From: Promethearchaeota archaeon
GTDB taxonomy: Archaea; Asgardarchaeota; Thorarchaeia; Thorarchaeales; Thorarchaeaceae
Assembly: GCA_027031765.1 (NCBI GenBank)
Contig: JALVPN010000067.1
Location: forward strand, 3,968-35,967
DNA length: 32,000 bases
Reading direction: 5' to 3'
Both the position numbers and the translations under genes were made by a program. The notes under the pieces are model-generated. The model saw only the letters and a program-made list of their open reading frames with translations, searched no databases and was not told the origin of the DNA. Positions 8,901-16,241 of this stretch are shown in pieces (the stretch's first letter is position 1; the number at the start of each line of letters is the position of its first letter).

Positions 8901-10423
8901 TGCACACCGGGCTCCATGTTGGTCATCAGGTAGTAGAAGCGGTTGTCCGAACTCGGGACCATCTCCGACTCGGCATGGTCGGCCTGTACCACGCCACTGA
9001 CGGGGGAGATGAAGATGGTTGCACGGTCTATTTTTGACTCGTCCAGTGCTGTGATCTCGAACTTGACGTAACTGTCATAGATGGTCGGGTGCTGTGGCGA
9101 CAGAGGGTGGACCGTGACGTCGGGGGGCTGTGTGTCGCTCAGCAGGACGCCGATATATGACGAGAGTACTGCAACATCAGACCTGCCGTCGACGTTGAAG
9201 TCGTATGTGATGACCTGAGTGAAGGGACCGGCGAACCGTGGCTCCTCATAACCCGTACTACCGTCTAGCCCGCGGATGATGGACAACTGACCGCGCGGGC
9301 CTTCGAGGGCCACATCCGTATTGTTGTCCGCATCCAGTGCTGCGGCGTCAAACCCACGTGTGGTAGAGCCGGGGCACATGTCAACCGAACGCACGAGGTT
9401 GTCGCCAGTAGCACCGTCGACGAAGATGATATTGGAGGACTTGGCAGGCACACAGACGAGGTCTTCGTCCGCATCACCGTTCAACTGGCCGGCTCTGAGG
9501 GTCATATTGGTCTCGGGCTCCAAATCCCTTTCGAACAGCAGGCTCAGTGAGGAACTGTATGTCCTGAGACGTGAATGCGAGTCACCACTGGTGTCGACCG
9601 ACGTGACGGCGATGCAGTCCAGCACGTCGGGCCCGTCGTAGCGGATGCCATCGGTGCCAATGTTGTCCGAGACCGTGGTCGAGCCAATGACGAGGCCGGT
9701 CCCATTGATGATGGTGATGCGCATTTCAGATTGATACGTGTGGACGAGGCCGATCTCGTGCCTCGGAGAGCTCGTGAAGTTGCCTGCGAAGGCGCGATTG
9801 ATCTGCCCGTCCGCGTCGTAGAAGCCGATGGCAGCGCCTGAGTTGAGGTCGACTGTTTGAATCAGGTCGTGGCTGTATACGGCAGCGTCACACATGGAGT
9901 CACCATCAAAGTCGCCTGTGAACACCTCGAACGCCTGTGTGACGTTGCAGGCATATGTCCGGAGAGTATCATTATCGCAGTTGATGAGGAGGAGGTACGG
10001 GCCCGTGCCGTTGCTGAACATCACGAGGAACTCTGTATAGCCGTCGTCATCAACATCGGCCCCGGTCAGGGTCTTGTGGAGAACGGTACCTGTCGTGCTA
10101 GTCCCAATGGAGTATTCGGTGCTGTTCACTAGGTTCTTGAAGTGGAACACACCATCATGGATATATCCTATACCGGTACCAATCTGAGTCCTCCCCACTG
10201 CAATAGACTCGACTGTATACGGTAGCTTGACCTTCAGTACATTTGACGAGGGGGACGTACTGAGATGGGGGACTGGTGTGTCCTGCTGTCCACGAACAGC
10301 GGTGGGTACCGCGCTGGACGGTGCCATGAGCACGATAAGGAACAGGCCGAACAACAGGACCTTGATAATATCACGGACACTTGCTGAGTAACAGCGTGCG
10401 CATGAATGCCGGCACAACCTCAA
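2963..10423 (-). CDS. Giant cell-surface protein: signal peptide, two FG-GAP/VCBS-type beta-propeller regions, ~12 Ig-like repeats, 7 predicted TM helices, low-complexity cytoplasmic tail
   Basis: Open frame 2963..10498. Start uncertain; TTG at 10423 (after GGAGG) gives an N-terminus ending in IIKVLLFGLFLIVLMAPSSA. FG-GAP-like Ca loops (GADVDDDGYTEFLV, GDFDGDSMCDAAV, GQLNGDADEDLV, YDFNVDGRSDVAV, LDFDGDEACELVL). Twelve TDxxGxPV/xxA-like Ig motifs. Many N-x-S/T sequons. Hydrophobic segments at about 3340-4115. Confidence 0.85.
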   Translation of the reverse strand: MRLCRHSCARCYSASVRDIIKVLLFGLFLIVLMAPSSAVPTAVRGQQDTPVPHLSTSPSSNVLKVKLPYTVESIAVGRTQIGTGIGYIHDGVFHFKNLVNSTEYSIGTSTTGTVLHKTLTGADVDDDGYTEFLVMFSNGTGPYLLLINCDNDTLRTYACNVTQAFEVFTGDFDGDSMCDAAVYSHDLIQTVDLNSGAAIGFYDADGQINRAFAGNFTSSPRHEIGLVHTYQSEMRITIINGTGLVIGSTTVSDNIGTDGIRYDGPDVLDCIAVTSVDTSGDSHSRLRTYSSSLSLLFERDLEPETNMTLRAGQLNGDADEDLVCVPAKSSNIIFVDGATGDNLVRSVDMCPGSTTRGFDAAALDADNNTDVALEGPRGQLSIIRGLDGSTGYEEPRFAGPFTQVITYDFNVDGRSDVAVLSSYIGVLLSDTQPPDVTVHPLSPQHPTIYDSYVKFEITALDESKIDRATIFISPVSGVVQADHAESEMVPSSDNRFYYLMTNMEPGVQSYYIEVVDQYLNTYRYGNVSSPHQYVVEGHFASHADYNATIDEARLHVLAVSDESFGDDIMAGIVTHTPSQQAVVHVHYTNGTHISDINVTGAWDKDAFEVYFAHIDGDAIRDPIVMATNKSMTFMWAYHGTNYTLWRTLQLPARPMMSSRMLQVFDDDGDQTEELHFVVANRTARYLFRVDDQFSLNTTTVAGNASLVGTSHAVLSGEHPEIALLWDSGAIDLYEANTLSLYRHLDYASPGGAVGDTPLVVLPFRNGSTEANTLAAVFHSWSGDTPVNYICMIGDTTMVVGSGPVYTWSGSHATRVFTYDADADNTDELLLLDESGYLTMIAPSSGGNTVWSRYVSDAEPVSGAVLDFDGDEACELVLSTSDNFLYAVGMDGSIDCDAEIGVLYNLIPVDSVDAGAGTDIATFPVFRARHTFGVVRNIDLLYGLDVDVGLSASVVVQGSVVSADITVTNAYDEVVADSSVTVTAYYLQSGSVSSQVFGLVYDAPSGNYTGDIPCNWPIGLVNLTVSVLHSHYTDVAIELPGAVEVHSPLTVSVFSESEVLQTESLHINVSVSDSFGSQISDANVTVLFDGHEYPAAPSSSGYYTVIDNVTVAPGHHTLLVRAEHRFAVGPANATRVVSVVASELVIARESPVVVDQYSVFTTWLNITDPFDNAIVNATVRVEVAGTELRLDEVAPGAYFLNDTADFPIGNYTVEVFVTHPFVDGTSFGSYHMAVRGALDPGVTYDDVVTAGTDFSVSVLLYDEFEEVPSGGWVKVEVNGVNFTASHVGGAEYRVNVTANYTIGPQSFKVYAGATLAYDYVEAFDIEVFSQASVTLTVTPGWTIAQGEELHMVVNVTDWYGEVVSDATVTAVSPESLSFQNRPTGDYNVTLDTTGYSPGQYLVVVSVEHYYLFSHTVSVNLTVLGWAEATVDIPDVVLNHMTTTINLTVTDIYGNPLSTFNYSLVLGGTISTSGTSNSYSLSWTFQPDLPPGEHVLNMSFVGDYVYLSLQTTTIRVLGMSNVSFVSPAPSVTVAQGDAVNFTLVLRDLAGYLVTGATVHVSLNGGTYFLDEVGDGVYSGLVATVGLPLRTYNYTVSVEHEFMAEWATTGELLLQGTPTVSLVTDPSPLRNTEPAQFKFTVTDQYGSPVNGFSYTIAFGDSITVSGTSDDYVLVWGWTPAVAPGVYDLSLTVSGPHVATVNSSWTVHVYSTANVTVVSPAQGSVTAQGTSVPFIVNVTDGIGDLIAGVNCTIHLHGSSYRLVAVSPGVYALDISTVGLPLGTYSVRLTVVHSHLYAVEQYLELVVTGHATISVEYGTPVRVGDVVTFTVVATDLYMNPVTEFNWTLTFQGQVLSGHHSGSNTLSVTLPVSGPPREYPLVVQLSGRYVVPSDYHTTVGVRSEAVVSVVSPSNSTEFVQGEDSIHFVVNLFDTAGNPVPNISVSIVIRDSMSNLDGLDNGTFVTTLSTVGWQPGQYEYMVVIAHPLVDYSHTVQGLIIVKGQPVLVVELSPETPVQGDTVAVTVWATDLYGEPLSNLSITVSFQDQVLNATETSTAGKYVAVFTLPAEGHGTYDIHVSASGTVCEPGSTVEAVYIGVRPPEISMSPETFTLGSGLSFLISLVGFLIYFKVSSSISARGTGKDLHRSIRRMDIIYVSIVALAGLVLLHSVLSAEAGQYSLAVAESVLLLGISVLLYGIWLYRDANSAILDTGHVSTRRMVFGLWHLVFVPLVVLQIFAWGKHIEWFEYYVLREAFTVGGVAVPTIMLTVFVTYVSSIVVVVVNLYKELSRSIAKLDHMRESGTPASVLEEERMDLVDKTGSSIRIKFFMFLVVLAGTTVSTMDFLRSYALGVIVLMPVLFLVVIPFVTSKILKAADRATGYLRKHQSPTSLQEIADAGVTVEHQPDDQTQGRPTEDGHSDTGRAFAATSDGPHHDAAGAPDHTGRPSDGSPDDSYSYSDDDSYTDSHSYSDSDSYSDGNSDHSRGPGDDHDY
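3001..3087. repeat. Degenerate hexamer tandem repeat (CTGTCA/CTGTAA) encoding the DSYSYSD-type tail
   Basis: ctgtagctgtcactgtcactgtaactatgactgtcagtgtaactgtcatcgtcactgtaactgtaactgtca, translating on the minus strand as DDSYSYSDDDSYTDSHSYSDSDSYSD. Confidence 0.8.
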
Positions 10424-10529
10424 TGTCAGATGACGCCTCCGTTGGTCAGACGGGCTGTGTCGTAGGATATGGGACAGACCTATGCCGCCGTCGCCCAATG
10501 GACATACACTCGACTCAACGTGCCACCGC

Positions 10530-10544
10530 TTTTAGTTATATCTT
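10530..10544. promoter_or_regulatory. AT-rich TATA-like element in the divergent intergenic region
   Basis: ttttagttatatctt reads TTATAT on plus and TATAACTAAAA on minus; orientation cannot be decided. Confidence 0.35.
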
Positions 10545-10967
10545 GAATGAGTCCGTTCGAAAAATGAGATGGCCTGCGGGAGCATGCTAATCTACTCGCG
10601 TACGGATTCGTCCGGGCCCTACAGTGGTGATGCGGCGGTGAGGGCCGGTACTCCCAGTACCACTTCTCCGCGCAGTGGACCCCGGCCGTCTGCACCGTCG
10701 GGATGCCGCCGCAAATGGTCGAGGCCCCACCATGGACCACATACGACCCATGTCTGTCAGCCCCTTCATGGACATCCCCAACATACCCGGTCCTAGCAGG
10801 GACCATGCCAGGACCTGGATGGTGTCCGGCAGTGCTGTCCGGAATCCTTTGCCAACAGGAGGAGGACCATGCACCGGGCGGCCGGTTTCCCTGCGAAAGG
10901 GGCACTATGCCTAACAGAGCACTTATGTGAGTTGTGTTGACAGACAAGTTGGGATTCGAGCGCAGTG

Positions 10968-11786
10968 ATGAGGAGAACGTTGGTGTCAGTGCTCTTGTTG
11001 GGACTTGTCGTCTCAGTCCCTGCTGTGACCGCTGGGAGCAATCAAGGACTGGAGTGGAAGGTCGAAGTGGGGACACGGATGAGCCTTGAAGTCGGACGGC
11101 GCGACTATGTCAACGCCAGCGGGACAATGACCTCTGAGAGTACAGTGAGTGGCAACGTCACGGCAGTTATCACAGGACTACCTGAAATTCCTGAAGGTGT
11201 GTCGGGGGTGAGCATCTCCGACCTCCGGCCACGGATGCCGCGGCCAACAGTGCGCCTGCTGTGGGACAATGTTACCGAGATGAATGCGACCCATCCCCTC
11301 ACCAAGTTGGTGGTGACTGCACAGGTAGCGACCCCTGCGGGCAACTGGTCGGTATACTCCGACATCGCCGACTCCATTGTCGTGACATCGCCCGAGGACT
11401 GGATGCTCTGTCCTGCACCGGCGATGGCCTCATCGCACGGCTACACGGCACTGGGCGTTTCCAGCTCTGGCGGGCTTGAGAAGAACATGACCCACATGGC
11501 CTATCGCGGTTGGGTTGACTTCAAGAATGATGGTTTCATCGTCTTCTTTGAGTGGGTATACTACCTTGTGGATGGTACTCTGGCACGGTTCTCACTGAAG
11601 ACAGTCCAGAACAGTCCACTGAACAGTTCCGCGTATGTGACTGAGGGACATGTTACCAGACTGGATCCGCCCCCCATCGAAGTGTCACCCGACCTGTCAG
11701 GGGTGATAGTCGCTGGAGGTGTGGTCTCCGTGGCGCTCCTCATAGTAGTTGTGATATGGTACGCTCAGAAACGCTCCGTAGGCTGA
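10968..11786 (+). CDS. Hypothetical membrane-anchored secreted protein (type I topology)
   Basis: Signal peptide MRRTLVSVLLLGLVVSVPAVTA, several sequons (NAS, NVT, NWS, NMT, NSS), C-terminal TM VIVAGGVVSVALLIVVVIWY followed by QKR. No family recognised. Confidence 0.75.
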   Translation: MRRTLVSVLLLGLVVSVPAVTAGSNQGLEWKVEVGTRMSLEVGRRDYVNASGTMTSESTVSGNVTAVITGLPEIPEGVSGVSISDLRPRMPRPTVRLLWDNVTEMNATHPLTKLVVTAQVATPAGNWSVYSDIADSIVVTSPEDWMLCPAPAMASSHGYTALGVSSSGGLEKNMTHMAYRGWVDFKNDGFIVFFEWVYYLVDGTLARFSLKTVQNSPLNSSAYVTEGHVTRLDPPPIEVSPDLSGVIVAGGVVSVALLIVVVIWYAQKRSVG

Positions 11787-11981
11787 CCACGAACCGCACG
11801 ACGGGTTGTCAGGTATAGGCAGACAACGCCTATCAGACCCCCATGCGAGAGTGTGTGTAGTCCAGATGACACGGGCGCCGTTTCCGGCCATATGGGGTCT
11901 GTGCAGCTGGCGTCAGCACAAGCTGCTGTTGGAGCGGCTCTGACATGAGCAGCACGTATGCCATCACGGTGGTACAGCGAC

Positions 11982-12407
11982 CTACTCGTCGAGGAACCTC
12001 GTTGGTACGCGCGCGGCCGTTGCCACGAGCTCAGCGGCGGCTTTTGTTGCACGCATTATCTTGGCCATGCTGCCGCGCCCACCGAGCTTGAACTTGCGCG
12101 ACATCAGGCCCCTTATCGGGCCAATCTCACCTGCGAAGAGCAGCTTCCAGCTCTCGTACGGGCCCGAGTATATGAACTCAGGGTCGTCATCAGGGCGGGC
12201 CATCCGGGCCTCGCGACACTCGCCATGCCAGAGGTCCAGATAGAAACGCACGGGCTCCTTGATGAGGGCCCCGTCTGCCTGCACCTCGAACACAAAGTCA
12301 CCTTCCCATGTCTTTGCGGCTTCTTTGTAGGCCTCGTTCTGGTCGAGCAACTCCTTGAACTTGGCAATCCACTCAGGCGATGGGAACAGTAGTCTCTCTT
12401 CGGTCAT
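11982..12407 (-). CDS. SCP2 sterol/lipid-binding domain protein
   Basis: FPSPEWI...Y.EAAKTWEGDFVFEV...FYLDLWHGECREA...GPYESWK..F.GEIGPIRGLMSRKFKL matches archaeal SCP2 proteins. ATG at 12407 preferred over the ORF-track start at 12485. Confidence 0.85.
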   Translation of the reverse strand: MTEERLLFPSPEWIAKFKELLDQNEAYKEAAKTWEGDFVFEVQADGALIKEPVRFYLDLWHGECREARMARPDDDPEFIYSGPYESWKLLFAGEIGPIRGLMSRKFKLGGRGSMAKIMRATKAAAELVATAARVPTRFLDE

Positions 12408-12737
12408 AGGTCCTTGTCCCAGTTGCGGAGCATATTGTATAGGGCACCAGTCCCATCCGCCGGACAAAAGCCTTTCGAACTCCATAGACCACCCCCATAC
12501 AAGGACTAGTGAGGAGCTCGGACTCCAAGGCCGTCCCTACCTATGATGACCGAGTCCCGGAGCCCGTGTGTACCTGTTGCGATATCCCAGCATCCAAAGT
12601 GCATGGCCATGCCCGCACGGCCCCGTACGTATGAGCGACACCATGTACAACACCGGACGGGAGGGTTCAGACGGGAGGACGGGAGGCCAGTGCACCTGTG
12701 CCCTGACACTCGTGCGGAAGGCCTGTTGTGAGGGGCC

Positions 12738-13439
12738 TCAGGGCCCAGAGGGGCGACCGGGTCTGGGCCAGCCCCTCACCAAGGGGAGGGACAGGCCTTG
12801 GGCCAGTGCAGCCTGTTCCTGCAGGCGGCCCAGCTCGTAACTGCAGTGGGCATCACTCCCGAGGGTGAAGACACAACCTAGATCCCGGGCAGTACACAGG
12901 AAGTCGACGTTGTCAGATGGATAGTTAGAGTTTATCTCAATGGCAATGCCACTGTCGGCCAGGGCCTGTGCGACCCGCCGGCCATCATCCGGCGAGTAGG
13001 ACGTGAGGTAGCCACTCCAGTGCCCAAGGACGTCAAAACTCGCGCTACTGGCCGCACGCACCACCGCAGAGGCCCACACACTGGACCCACACAGCTGATG
13101 GACCGAGCCGATTACAATGTCGAACTGTTCGAGGCCCCCTGCAACAGGCGCCAGCTCGCCGTCGAGACCAATGTCGACCTCCGCACCCTCCAGTATGACC
13201 AGACGCTCATGGTCGTTCCGGGCGTCCTCAATCTCGCCGTGTCGTTGCAAGACCAAAGAAAGACCACCGCGCCGGGAGCCACGAGACGGCCAGAAGTGGT
13301 CGGTAATGGCAACGGCATCGAGGCCGCGCTGCTGTGCGAGGGCTGCAATCTCAGCAACCCCCATTGTGCCGTCTGAGAACGTAGAGTGTACGTGCAGGTC
13401 GGCAACCGACCACTCCTGTTGTGGGGTCACACCGGTCAC
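12738..13439 (-). CDS. PHP-domain metallophosphoesterase (YcdX/HisJ-like)
   Basis: DLHVHSTFSDG, ITDH, GAEVD, GSVH, VLGH, IEINS, LGSDAH metal-binding motifs. Confidence 0.9.
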   Translation of the reverse strand: MTGVTPQQEWSVADLHVHSTFSDGTMGVAEIAALAQQRGLDAVAITDHFWPSRGSRRGGLSLVLQRHGEIEDARNDHERLVILEGAEVDIGLDGELAPVAGGLEQFDIVIGSVHQLCGSSVWASAVVRAASSASFDVLGHWSGYLTSYSPDDGRRVAQALADSGIAIEINSNYPSDNVDFLCTARDLGCVFTLGSDAHCSYELGRLQEQAALAQGLSLPLVRGWPRPGRPSGP

Positions 13440-13646
13440 TACTAGCAGCCACCTTCGCAGTGGCCCACATCACAGCTCAGGCTGCTGGGAGCACCCTGTA
13501 TGGGGCCACGCTCTCCACGGGCCAGTCTGCAGCACCTCATATATCATCTGATGCTGCACAGTCAGGGGACGCAACACGTCTGATACGGACACGTGATGGC
13601 AAGATGGCCGTGGCGGCGGCCCGGTGGACAGACAGGCCAGTATTTG

Positions 13647-13707
13647 ACGTTTGACGAGTACCAAACATTTATATCTGGGTTGTGTTTGGCATTTGTCAAA
13701 CGTTTGA
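13647..13707 (+). promoter_or_regulatory. Promoter with TATA box (TTTATA 13668-13673) flanked by inverted repeats, plus a perfect palindrome TCAAACGTTTGA (13696-13707); candidate operator
   Basis: ACGTTTGAC-n5-CCAAACA (13647-13667) mirrors TGTTTGG-n5-GTCAAACGT (13683-13703). The palindrome sits about 25 nt downstream of the TATA box. Confidence 0.7.
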
Positions 13708-13730
13708 AAGCTTACAGGAAGCGATGACGG

Positions 13731-14636
13731 ATGACGACCGCATTCAGACAGTTGTTCGATGACCTCCGGGTCAGCTTCAGGCTTGCCAAGAGGCACTTCA
13801 TCAGCTACTTCTTGGCGAGCATTGGGCTGCTCATATTCGCAGCACTGGTCCTTTTCGGTGCGGTTGTGGTCGTACTCGGGGCCTACGCGGCATCTGGTGG
13901 ACTGTCACCAGAGAACCTGAGCTCCACAATCGACTGGTGGGCGAATGCAGACCCGGTGGTCCTCCTAGGGACTGGGATACTCATCGTGGTACCAGTGGGC
14001 ACACTGCTCTTCCTACTGGTAGGCGCGATGATTGGGATGAGTAAAGACCTCACTGCCACGGGTGAGACCGGGGCGGAGCGTCCGTTCACATGGATACGCC
14101 ACAGGGGAAAGGCACTGTTGGGGACATCGTTCCTGCTGACACTGGTGCTCGCAGTCCCCCCGACGCTTGTTGGATACGTTGTCTCGCGTGCAGGGGGCGG
14201 CGCGACATCACCGGTCGGGTCGGCAGTGGTGTCCGTCTTTGTGTACCTCTGGGTGTTCGTAGTGGGCGGGCTGATGTCGATGTCGTTCCCGGCAGTAGCC
14301 TATGGTGAGCGTGTCATCGACGCCGTGAAGGGGTCACCACGACTTGTGGTGAGGCACTTCGAACGTGTGTTCGGCCTGTGGACGGCGTTCATGGCCATCA
14401 CAGTGATACCAACAGCCGCGGCATCACTGGGTGGCACAACAATCGCAGGCATTGGTGGACTGGGGACGTTCCCGTGGGCCATGCTCCTCGCACTTGAACT
14501 GTTGATCGCCATGGCTGTCATGGCGTGGTTCCTCATCGTGCTACCAATGCTGTACATTGGGCTGACACGCATCTATGCTGAGGTCACAGGGAAGGAGGTG
14601 GCAGAGGAAAGACCTGTGGACATCCCGATACTGTGA
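13731..14636 (+). CDS. Multi-pass membrane protein (about 6 TM), paralog A; resembles DUF975/GPDPase-membrane-domain-like proteins
   Basis: Long hydrophobic segments; shares GxxxGMS, TW.R.R.K.L, GGL.S..FPAV, R.F.RV.G.W.AF and L.R.Y blocks with the next gene. Confidence 0.75.
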   Translation: MTTAFRQLFDDLRVSFRLAKRHFISYFLASIGLLIFAALVLFGAVVVVLGAYAASGGLSPENLSSTIDWWANADPVVLLGTGILIVVPVGTLLFLLVGAMIGMSKDLTATGETGAERPFTWIRHRGKALLGTSFLLTLVLAVPPTLVGYVVSRAGGGATSPVGSAVVSVFVYLWVFVVGGLMSMSFPAVAYGERVIDAVKGSPRLVVRHFERVFGLWTAFMAITVIPTAAASLGGTTIAGIGGLGTFPWAMLLALELLIAMAVMAWFLIVLPMLYIGLTRIYAEVTGKEVAEERPVDIPIL

Positions 14637-14696
14637 GGTGTGGGTGCAGCAGGGACTACGAAGACTCCTTATGAGCGGATGTGTCACAGGAGGACG

Positions 14697-15608
14697 ATGG
14701 CGATGAACAGACCAGTCTGGAGAGCAATAGTTCAGGACGTGCAGGTCAGCGTGAAGCTGACAAAGGACAACTTCGCCTCCTTCGCTCTCGGCATGCTGGG
14801 CGTCATGTTGCTCACCGCCCTGCTGATGGCACTTGCACTCGGGGTCACAGTAGTCATCTTCATGCTGCTCTCGCAGAGCATGACCGCATGGGTGAGTGCG
14901 CTCGTCGAGTGGAGCAGCGTCTTCGCCCAGTCACCGACCCCTGTACTCGCGTGGGGTGCGTTCTTCGTACTCCTGGTCGTGACCGTCCCTGTGTTCCTTG
15001 CCATTGGAGCACTCTTTGGCATGAGCAGGGAAGTCGTTGAGGGGGCAGGCACCGCAGCCGCTGGTGTCCTGACGTGGTACAGACGCAGGTCGAAGTCCCT
15101 TGCTGCGGGTGGGGCAGCCCTCTACTGCACTGTGGTGGGGCCTGCGTACCTCATTGTGACGCTCCCCTACCTGTCCCCGGTCGGCGACACGAGCGTGGTC
15201 GCTGGGGTCACCGTTGGTGTTGCCACGTTCTGGGTGATGCTGGTGGGTGGGCTGACCAGCCTGACGTTCCCCGCAGTTATCGATGGCCTGCCCGTGCACC
15301 GCGCCCTGCCGCTGGCGGTGTCGACCGCGGTCAGGTACTTCGACAGGGTCATGGGGGTCTGGGTAGCTTTTCTCGTCCTCTTTGGGCTGACAGTTGTTGC
15401 CCCGTTGTATGCGTTCATCGTACTTGGGGCACTGCCGAACCTGCTGGGGGTCATCCTGGTGATAGCTGGTGCCATTGTGGCGGTCTTCGTACTTGTCCCG
15501 GCCATGGCCGTGGCGCTCAGCCGTCTCTATATGATCCTTACAGCAGCCGACCTGCAGGACGCCACTGACGAGGGAGCACCGGGACCGCTGTTTGTCGGGG
15601 GGCCGTGA
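14697..15608 (+). CDS. Multi-pass membrane protein, paralog B
   Basis: AGGAGG RBS directly before ATG 14697; same conserved blocks as paralog A. Confidence 0.75.
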   Translation: MAMNRPVWRAIVQDVQVSVKLTKDNFASFALGMLGVMLLTALLMALALGVTVVIFMLLSQSMTAWVSALVEWSSVFAQSPTPVLAWGAFFVLLVVTVPVFLAIGALFGMSREVVEGAGTAAAGVLTWYRRRSKSLAAGGAALYCTVVGPAYLIVTLPYLSPVGDTSVVAGVTVGVATFWVMLVGGLTSLTFPAVIDGLPVHRALPLAVSTAVRYFDRVMGVWVAFLVLFGLTVVAPLYAFIVLGALPNLLGVILVIAGAIVAVFVLVPAMAVALSRLYMILTAADLQDATDEGAPGPLFVGGP

Positions 15609-15635
15609 CGGGTGAGCAACAGCAGAGTCGAGCCA

Positions 15636-16241
15636 ATGAAGGACCTCGAGGTCATCTCGGACCCACGGACAATCAAGGTGTTGTTCGAGCCGACCCGGGC
15701 TGCAATCATGTTCAAGTACCTGGTCAATGGGGCAATGACAGTGAAGCAGCTGGCAGACGCACTGGGCAAGAACCCGGGGACGATACTCCACCACATCGAC
15801 AAGCTCAGAGAGGTGGGCCTCGTTGTCCAGGAACGCACCGAACAGACCGTGACCGGGATTGTCCAGCGGTACTACAGGGCCACGGCCAGGGAGTACCGGC
15901 TGGGTATCCGGGGGATGATGGAGGCCAATGGCGGGGTCGCGGACTTTGCACGGGAGAGGCTGCGTTCGATGATACGTGGTCTCGCTGCATACGGCGTCGT
16001 GATCCCCGAGGACGAGGTCGGTGAGGCTATGGAGCTGCTCAGCCCACTGCTCGAGCGCGAGAACGCCGTGAGCTCCAGCATCAAGATACTCAACGAGGAG
16101 GTCTATCGCAGCCTCCCCGGAGCTGTGCGGAGCGACGCGTCAAGGATCATGCGGAGGTTCATGCTCGAAGAAGACTCACAGTATAGGGGTCTGCGGAACA
16201 AGTGGCATAAGTTCCTGAAGAAACACTGGAGGAGTAGTTGA
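15636..16241 (+). CDS. ArsR/HTH_20-type winged-helix transcriptional regulator with C-terminal helical extension
   Basis: IKVLFEPTRAAIM...AMTVKQLADALGKNPGTILHHIDKLREVGLVVQER.....GIVQRYYRATA. ATG at 15636; a GTG at 15612 is possible. Confidence 0.88.
   Translation: MKDLEVISDPRTIKVLFEPTRAAIMFKYLVNGAMTVKQLADALGKNPGTILHHIDKLREVGLVVQERTEQTVTGIVQRYYRATAREYRLGIRGMMEANGGVADFARERLRSMIRGLAAYGVVIPEDEVGEAMELLSPLLERENAVSSSIKILNEEVYRSLPGAVRSDASRIMRRFMLEEDSQYRGLRNKWHKFLKKHWRSS

Noticed and set aside
10429-10440. GATGACGCCTCC resembling the 3' end of a fluoride riboswitch
   Set aside because: The 5' GGCGATGG..TTCGCC element is absent, it is antisense to the nearby gene start, and no fluoride-related gene follows.
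10424-10498. ORF-track N-terminal extensions (also 12408-12485, 14640-14696, 27020-27052)
   Set aside because: Downstream starts have better RBS and place signal peptides or conserved domains at the N-terminus.
10570-10620. tRNA-like hint (GGCC...GGATTCGTCC GGGCC; the antisense ORF reads GPGRIRTR)
   Set aside because: Too short and lacks D-arm, anticodon arm and a proper GTTCRA T-loop.
10716-10875. Recurring short words CATGGAC / GGACCATGC
   Set aside because: Only 7-9 bp with irregular spacing; not a CRISPR array or iteron set.
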